From NCBI GenBank assembly GCA_951804945.1, contig OX638157.1, positions 25,606,001-25,670,000 of the forward strand: a DNA stretch of 64,000 nucleotides, given 5' to 3'. The translations under genes were made by a program, and so were the position numbers. Below are positions 13,915-64,000 of the stretch, piece after piece (the first letter of the stretch is position 1; every line of letters starts with the position of its first letter). The stretch comes from Podarcis cretensis. Lineage: Eukaryota. The notes below the pieces were generated by a model that made no database searches, had not been told where the DNA came from, and saw only the letters and a program-made list of their open reading frames with translations.

Positions 13915-14186
13915 TTTTATTATTTATAAGCTGCCCATTTGACCAGGTTCTCCCAGCAACTCTGAGTGGCTCCCAACAAAATATTAAAAACACAGTAAAA
14001 CACCAACTATTATAAACTTCCCTGAACAGGACTGCCTTCTGATGGGAGGGCATTCTACCAGGCAGGCGCCACTACTGAGAAGACCCTCTCCCTGGTTCCT
14101 TCTCACAGTGAGGGAACCACCAGAAGGCCCTTGGAGTTGGACCACAGTGTCCGGGTTGGACAATGGGGGTGGAGATGCTCCTTCAA
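13915..14186 (-). mobile_element. Older L2 3' fragment
   Basis: similar to 21530-21850 of the young L2 (ttccctgaacagg, gatgggagggc, gagggaacc). Confidence 0.7.
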
Positions 14187-14704
14187 GAGTTCAAGTCATG
14201 TTTAGGTGTCATGCTGAAACCATTCTGCAATACTTGGAAACAAAGGCCTGGAAGATAACAAGTAGTTGTGTCTATTAAAGAGCAAATTAATTTTAGAGGA
14301 CCCAAGAGACTGAGACTTCAATGTTAGCAAAGAGGCACTGACAAGATAGCAGCTTGTCTGATCAAGCTAAAGGGCTTTAGGTATCTGATAGCCCTAAGGC
14401 AGGGGAGGAGAATCTCAGGCCTGGGGACCCATTGCGTTTCTCCCAACCTACTCATTTGGGCTTCAGGACTTTCCCAAGTCTGCAAACTACCCCATAGGCG
14501 GCATCATCCTTGAGTATTTTTGCATGACTGGAATGTGTCCTTGAACTGTGATAATGACTCTTGCTTGCCTGGTTGGAAAATGGAGTGTGTGTGTGTGTGT
14601 GTGTAAGAGTAAGAGTACCATCCATTTGCATCTGGTCTGGATGTTTCCCCATGAGAGGAATCTTTCAGGCCTAAAAAAGATCCCCAAACCTGTTGTGAGA
14701 AAGA

Positions 14705-14832
14705 NNNNNNNNNNNNNNNNNNNNNNNNNNNNNNNNNNNNNNNNNNNNNNNNNNNNNNNNNNNNNNNNNNNNNNNNNNNNNNNNNNNNNNNNNNNNNNNN
14801 NNNNNNNNNNNNNNNNNNNNNNNNNNNNNNNN
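14705..14832. other. Assembly gap (N run)
   Basis: 128 N. Confidence 1.
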
Positions 14833-15056
14833 ATCCCGCTTTATCACTACCCTAAGGAGTCTCAAAGCGGCCAACAATCTCCTTTCCCTTCCTCCCCCAC
14901 AACAAACACTCTGTGAGGTGAGTGGGGCTGAGAGACTTCAAAGAAGTATGACTAGCCCAAGGTCACCCAGCAGCTGCATGTGGAGGAGCAGAGACACGAA
15001 CCCGGTTCACCAGATTACGAGTCCACCACTCTTAACCACGACACCACGGTGGCTCT
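14833..15056 (-). mobile_element. Squam3-like SINE (tail runs into the assembly gap)
   Basis: reverse complement of the 40672 copy. Confidence 0.78.
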
Positions 15057-15643
15057 CATCTTGGGCCCATCTTAGGCACAATTTTGCTGTGGTTTGCCTA
15101 TCAAACTATTGGGCGTCCCTCCAGGCCCAGAGTCAGCATGCAGCATTCTTCAGCAAATACTGGAGGCTGCATATTCTCCAACATTTTGGGAGGGCAAAGC
15201 AGGACGTCCCCTGCCACACCATCCTGCCCACCCGATCTCTGTGCTCCTTCTCCCACGCCTGATCTGAGTGGAGATTTGAACCCTAGTCTCCCAGGTCCTT
15301 GTCCAACACTCTAAGTCACTACACCATGTTGCTGCTTCCCCTCTCTTTTCCCTTTCCCTTTCCCTTCAAATAGGCAATTAACTGGGAGCGATTGTCTAGC
15401 TATGCATTGCCTAACTGCCCTGGACCATGGAGCTGGCTACAGTTCTATTTGCAAACACAAGCTTCACTCAAGTGGCACTAACAATACAAGAAAGAGGGGG
15501 GGGGGCAAGAAGCTGTAGGAAGAGAAGGACCGTCATTCTAGCATGCGTACAAAAATGGGATCTATGTTTTGAGGACTACAGTGCCTCTGCTTACCTATTA
15601 TTTTAAAAATATTACTTTAAAAATTAGTGCCTTTGTATAGCCA

Positions 15644-15649
15644 TATAAA
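15644..15649 (+). promoter_or_regulatory. Candidate EGF TATA box
   Basis: TATAAA about 390 bp upstream of the EGF ATG, consistent with the long 5' UTR of mammalian EGF mRNA; motif only. Confidence 0.3.
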
Positions 15650-15758
15650 CCTGCAACAAATTCATTGTCTTGGTATTGAATTTTGCAGTAGCACTTTAAA
15701 AAAAAAAAAGCCATGTTAATTTTGTGACAAAAGGGTTAGGCATTTCATACTTCGCTTC

Positions 15759-15786
15759 CAAGAAGAAGAAGAAGAAGAAGAAGAAG
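15759..15786 (+). repeat. (AAG)n microsatellite in the presumed EGF 5' UTR
   Basis: direct read. Confidence 0.9.
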
Positions 15787-16033
15787 TGTGTGCATGAGCA
15801 AAGAAGAGATCACCCTGGAATTTCTTTGAGGGTGAGAACTGGAGTCAGCCAGCCCCTCTGCTCTCCTAGTGTCAAGTTTAGCCAGACCACAGAATTGAGC
15901 TGGGAGGTGATGTGTCTCTGCTGTCATTGATGCACCTTGGGAATGAGGACACCTGCTTCTTTTTTGTCTTGAAGATGCCTGAAGTTGAGCAGTCTCGCCT
16001 GTCCTACTGCCACTGAAAAAGTGGGTCAAGACT

Positions 16034-58105
<42,072 letters not shown>

Positions 58106-60480
58106 TGCAAGCTATGGGAGAGACAGAATTTTGACCTTTGCTCTGATCCTAATTATGTTATTTATATAATCTAAGAAAAAGAACCTATGCTTGAACATGT
58201 ATATCCTTTATATGGCTTTCTGGGTGCATGATTGATGGTTTTGAAAAAGTTCTGGTTAGTAAAGCTTTGAATAATATTTATGGGTCTGGACAATTTTTAA
58301 TCCAAAAGGATTCAGTTTTTATGCATCCAGTTGTTTCAAGTAGTACAATATTAATATCTGCAATACTGCATCACACCGGCTCTCAGAACTGCCATTCCTG
58401 TATATTTCTGGAGCCATTTGCACACTTGTTGGATACATAAGAAAAACTGGATCAGACTGAAGGTCCATCTAGTCCTCTATTCTGTCACCCACAGTGGCCA
58501 ATCGGATGTCTATGGGAAGCGCATAAGCAGGATATGAGCACACTAGCCTTTTCCTGAAGCTTTTTACACCAAGAATAACTGTTCTCTTTTTTCTTCTTGT
58601 CCAGCTTGAGCAATGGAAGTGTGGTCTACCAATGTTGGCAAAAGAATCAACAAATCAGGCTTCTCTCTTAGAATCAGTCTCCAGCTACCTGAAAACCTTT
58701 GCCTTGTAAATCAGAAAATGACTTTCAGCTTCTTCAGTGGAATGCCAGCCCTAAACACCGCCAAAAGTGATCCTCTCTCCACATCCTCATACATAAGGAT
58801 GGGCGAATCTGTCAACTTTTCCAGTTTGGTTCTCCACATCGGTTTGCAAAAAGAAAAGAAAAAAGTTGTCATCAGTATTTTTGTATGAATTTCTTCCACT
58901 ACCCACATCTTTGTATGCAGTTTTGACTAATATATCCCTTTTTTCAAATTACTGCTAATATGACATCTTTGTGCATTATATTTGCTAATATATACATTTC
59001 TAGGCACACTTTACCCCAGTCATGTATACATTTCTGTAGACACCACTTGGCTGGAGAACTACATCAGAAAATTCTCAGAAATGTGACTTTTGAAGGCTGG
59101 CTGTGTATCAGTTCCTGTATTCTTTCAGAAAGTGTGAATTAGGTGGGTTCACCTTTAAATGTGAATTCCTTTTGTTCCCCATCCCTACTCACACAGCCAG
59201 TTAATGAAAGCAGATTCAATAACCTTTCAGCTATACCTTGTTATGTAACTGGAATGTGTGATCTTTCAAAAGAACTATTTTATGAAAATTAATTTGCATG
59301 CATGTATAACAAAGGTGACAATATTATCCCTGCAACCCTGTACCCAAAAGTACTTTTCTTTATATGAAGTTGGCCAGCATTTTTAATGCAGGGAAAAATA
59401 GTTTTCTGGAAAGGAAAATAATGCAACTTTGGAAGGATTTCCAAAGAGGTTGGAAGGTTGCATTTGAAGATGGGAGATTCACATATTACATGCCCCAACT
59501 CCAAATCAACAATCCTGGATGAAGTATTAGGGCTGGATTGCAGGTTCTTCATCTCTGCCTTATTGAAATGAATATGAGTTTTTGAGCTGAATATATTAGA
59601 AAAGCTTTTTGTACTTGTCCCGACTATCATTTATCAACCCTATACATAGCTGATCACATGGCATTGATTAGGAGGCGAAGGGCTGGCATCTCCCTACCTT
59701 GTACTCATCAAGCACATTCAGGCTGAAATGGAAGGAACCATTTATCTTCCAGCAACTGCTTGAACCACTTTTCTGAGGCCAACGCTGGGAATTCTGGTTC
59801 TATATATCATGCACACTGCAGAGAGAGAAGGGGCCATAGGGATCTGTTAAATGGCAAAAGGCTGCTCCAGTGCCTTGAACAAAAGGTTATTCTAAAACTG
59901 GAGCAAAATCAATCTTGGAATTGATTTTGAATAGAGCTACTTCATCTATATTGCCTCTGTGAAATCTACAAAACAGATTGCATAAAAATGGAGAGGATTT
60001 ATATTTATGATTTACATACATATATTTCCAGATTATTGTTCAGGACATAATCAAAACTAAGAGATTTAGGAAAGTTGGGCTGCAATCCTATTCTCACTTA
60101 CCTATTCTGGGAGTAAATGCTTTTGAAGTCAGTGAGACTTACAGAGCAATCCAAGCTATAGGAAACCAGCATAGTTTGTGCCTAGGGCAGATTATGCTGG
60201 TGTAATTTACCCCTCTTCCAAACGCCAGCCACTAGGTAATGCTACCCAACTCAAAAGCTTGCTCCCTATTTTTGTGATCTTTTGGTTCGTATTGATAAAG
60301 ATATTTTACTACTGTGGATTTTAAATGTCACAGTTCAATAGCTGAAAGCACTCATATATATGCTAAAATGTTTGTACAACTTATCTGCTTTAAATGTTGT
60401 TGAAATAAATGGAACTGTTGATGAATTGATTCCCAAGCTTAGTTGTTCTGAAACAGGCATTGGAAATCTAAAGCCTGGTA

Positions 60481-60852
60481 AGGTAAAGGTAAAGGGACCC
60501 CTGACCATTAGGCCCAGTTGTGGCCGACTCTGGGGTTGCGGTGCTCATCTCGCTTTATTGGCAGAGGGAGCCGGCGTACAGCTTCCGGGTCATGTGGCCA
60601 GCATGACTAAGCCGCTTCTGGCGAAGCAGAGCAGTGCACGGAAACGCAGTTTACCTTCCTGCTGGAGTGGTACCTATTTATCTACTTGCACTTTGATGTG
60701 CTTTCAAACTGCTAGGTTGGCAGGAGCAGGGACTGAGCAACGGGAGCTCACCCCGTCGCGGGGATTCGAACCGCCAACCTTCTGATCGGCAAGTCCTAGG
60801 CTCTGTGGTTTAACCCACAGCACAACCCGCATCCCTGCACCACCCGCATCCC
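60481..60852 (-). mobile_element. Sauria SINE with duplicated 5' tip
   Basis: full body, TSD taaagcctggta (60469-60480, 60854-60865); acccgcatccc occurs twice at the 5' end. Confidence 0.9.
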
Positions 60853-63374
60853 TTAAAGCCTGGTAGGGGCCCTAATTTGCCCCATATGGCCATTTCCCAC
60901 TAGCTGTGCCCACTTGCCCCACATCATTCCTCTGCTATCAGGTGACTGATTGGTTGACTGATTATATAAATGCATCATTTTTCATCTTTCTCTCTCTGTG
61001 TGTCACACCCATCTATATCTTGGAATACTGTTCCAAGTAAACAATGCTGAAGTATCCAGTTGAAACCTACCAGTTAAAGAACTGTTCTAGTGACCTTGAG
61101 AATGGGGCATTTATCTCCTCACACCACCACCCAAGACGTTGTGCCACACTTTGGCTTTGTAGCTGTATTATTACACACCACCCACTTCACTAAAAGAAAG
61201 GCCCTGGGTTTGGATAACCTCTTTAAACAGTTGCTTTTAATGAAAGATTTCCAATAATGGGTATAGCAGTGCAGTAGCTTTCCAACAGACAGAACAGAAA
61301 AGGTTGTGGTGATCCATTGGAAGATCAATCCTTGGAATGTAAAGCAACAAGGAGCCAAGATTTAAAATGTGAAATGTTACTCTTTCCACATGTATTTGTA
61401 GAAAATGGATACGTTTCAAGTTCTTTCAATTATAAGCCACGTCTTCTCTCCCTTTCCTATGCAGATTGTGTTACTTATTTGAACATCACTTGTTCTTCAG
61501 CAGGTCACCCAGCTAAAATCAGGAGGATTTATATGTGAAACAAAACCATTCACTGTTTTTAAAGGCAGCATTTCAAAGAAGTTCATGCAGACGTCTCAAG
61601 GCACTGGGATTTGCACTGAAAGCTATTGTAGAATAGTGTGTGTCGTCTGCTGCCACCTAGAACCATCATTTGCACATTCAGGGGTTTCATATTAGAGAAA
61701 ATGAGAATGGTCCACAGATATCCTATATAGTGTCATTCTGGGTCCCCTCAAACCCCACCCCATCTCTTAGGTAGGGGGTTGGATTCTACAGAAAGATAGG
61801 ATGCTAAAAGTAAAGAAACCTTAAAGGGAGGCAGGGATCACAAATAGATCCATGAGGACTGAGCATGCTCAGTGGGCACAGAATGTTGATTGACTGCTGG
61901 GGAAGTATTGGAGTATCCTAGAAAAGGATTGGTTCAAACCCTGAACATTCCAAGTGCTTCAGATGGCACCATTTTGTTGCAGGTCCTGCTGGCTTCCTAC
62001 AACGTCTGTCTTGCTGAGGACAATGTGGAACCGTTGTGCATGAGGGGTTCGGTGTGTGGAATAGAGTGACCAGATCACAGCGGCAGTATTTGTACACGTG
62101 GCTTAGTAACAGCAAGAAAGCTCTTTGCCAGTTACGTTGGGGAAGCAGGCAACCTGATCCACCACCAAGAAGCGTAGAGAGTCCATGGATTTAGGTTGGT
62201 TTAGTTAAAGTCTCTGTAAAGCTAACTAAACAAAATCAGCTTAAGTCCACATGCCCCAGTTTAACTATTCTGTGAACTGGGTATCTGTTGGATATCCAGG
62301 TAATCTGCCTTCAGTGGCTTGGGGATCATGACTTCTGCTGGCAAAATGGAAGGTTGTCATAATTCCCAATGAGCTGCAGGTTAGATTCTCAGTACTGTTA
62401 ATAAAAAGTAGATAGACAGACATCAATGACTGTCACAAGTTTCCAGTAAGGTTGTTCAGGTTTTTCTCCAAAACAAAGAAAAACAAACACAATTTTCCGC
62501 CTTCATTTCTAGTGAATGGGAACAGTGCTGAGAGATATGACAGGATTAAAAGAGAATGGATTGTTTTCACAATGTGTAGCTACCGGTAAAAACAGATGCT
62601 CAGCACTGATATTTTATTAGTAATGGCATTCATGTTTTGCTTCTCGGAGGTGTGCTTTAGATTGGTGGGAAGTAAGAGAACACCTTGCTTAAACTGATGT
62701 TTTACAACCCAAATTCTGTACACGAGGAGCACTTTTTGCCTGTAACAACCCAGCAGTGGACATGTGAATCCCCTGTTCTTCTGAGATCTGTAAATTCATA
62801 GCAGATGCGATGGAAGGAAGACAGGCTTCTCTGGGCATCGTTCAAGGCCCAAATGCACCCTCCAGCAGGACAGTTTTACAGATCAATTTCTCAAGGTCAT
62901 AATAAATAAATGTAAACGCTCTTGGAAGAGTCCGTTAACATTTGTACTGCTGCATTATGCATAAGTCTTACCCTCTTAGGGCATGGCTAAACTTTGCTAG
63001 ATTCCATTAGGCTTTCCCCATTTTATGTTGCTAAGAGCTGGCCAAAAATGAAAAAGAAAAAAGAACTCAAGCTGGCAAATGCTGGTTGTTTCATAGCCTT
63101 TGCTGAGATCTTTCTAGACATTTTAAATAATACTGCACAACCTTCCTTTGAGTTCTATTCCCGCATTGCATTTCAGGTCGAAACTATGTATAATGTGAGA
63201 AGTTATTGTTTTATTCTCCTGAAATGTTTTGTTGTTTGCCATGTTGCTTTTATTGTAATTATCTGTATGCTTTAATAGATTGCATATAAAATATATAAAA
63301 GTTTTAATTCTGTTAATGTGTAATTGTTTTTTAATGATCCCTCCTATGTTTTAGCTGCTCCTATTTTATCTGTA

Positions 63375-63722
63375 GGGACGCGTGTGGCGCTGTGGGTTAA
63401 ACCACAGAGCCTAGGACTTGCCGATCAGAAGGTCGGCAGTTCGAATCCCTGCGACGGGGTGAGCTCCCATTGCTCGGTCCCTGCTCCTGCCAACCTAGCA
63501 GTTTGAAAGCATGTCAAAGAGGATAAATAGGTACCGCTCCAGCGGGAAGGTAAACGGCGTTTCCGTGTGCTGCTCTGGTTCACCAGAAGTGGCTTAGTCA
63601 TGCTGGCCACATGACCCAGAAGCTGTACGCCGGCTCCCTCGGCCAATAAAGCGAGATGAGCACCGCAACCCCAGAGTCGGTCACAACTGGACCTAATGGT
63701 CAGGGGTCCCTTTACCTTTACC
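63375..63722 (+). mobile_element. Sauria SINE
   Basis: full body with TSD ttatctgta and (ACCTTT)n tail. Confidence 0.9.
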
Positions 63723-64000
63723 TTATCTGTAAGTCCCTGTCAGAGGGAAAAGGCAGGGTAAGAACAACAGCAACAACTGACCCATTTATAATTTAAATCA
63801 GAAGTGGGGAGCTTGTTGTGAACTTCAGCTGCCAGTACCCTTGGTCAGGGATGAAGAAAGTCTAATTTAGGGTTGACATATGTCCGGAATTTCCCAGACA
63901 TAGGTGGCAATCAACTGTTGGAAACTGTGTCCGGATGGGAATCGCTGAAACTTCAATTTTCTTTGGCCACTTTTTTTTTTATAAAGCTCAACAACTTTTC

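Noticed and set aside
60360-60785. Recurrent ORFs containing GAGVQLPGHVASMTKPLL / TARLAGAGTEQRE (also 3479, 20265, 52457, 63425)
   Set aside because: Translations of Sauria SINE copies, not a protein family.
63375-63455. tRNA-like sequences with A/B boxes
   Set aside because: SINE heads, not tRNA genes.
61000-64000. Possible 3' end of ELOVL6 on the minus strand, expected from synteny
   Set aside because: No ELOVL6 coding sequence recognised; a UTR cannot be established from sequence alone.

Overview
Eukaryotic, intron-rich vertebrate DNA, almost certainly a squamate and probably a lacertid lizard (several Sauria-SINE copies with (ACCTTT)n tails, Squam3-like SINEs, a young L2 LINE). Two + strand genes lie in the order known from human chr4. 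LRIT3 has coding exons 2-4 at 2727-9196; its signal-peptide exon was not found and probably lies upstream of the window. EGF (pro-epidermal growth factor) starts at ATG 16034 and 21 phase-compatible GT-AG exons were traced to 57385, plus a tentative terminal exon at 58050-58105 (about 1062 aa in total). This EGF is unusual in two ways. (1) The mature growth-factor domain has a 3-residue deletion in its first loop (C-x4-C, CPPSYC, instead of the C-x7-C typical of EGFR/ErbB ligands), while the receptor-binding residues are intact. (2) Two symmetric EGF-module exons (mammalian exons 15 and 19) appear absent from gap-free introns. Intron insertions include a near-intact L2 ORF2 broken only by one extra G in a homopolymer, an 826-bp solo LTR (TG..CA, 5-bp TSD) carrying a 219-codon ORF with an Arg-rich motif, TSD-bounded L1 fragments, hAT-type MITEs and microsatellites. 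There are two assembly gaps (14705-14832, 30246-30721). Comparisons with human/chicken proteins and exon sizes are from recall and were not computed.
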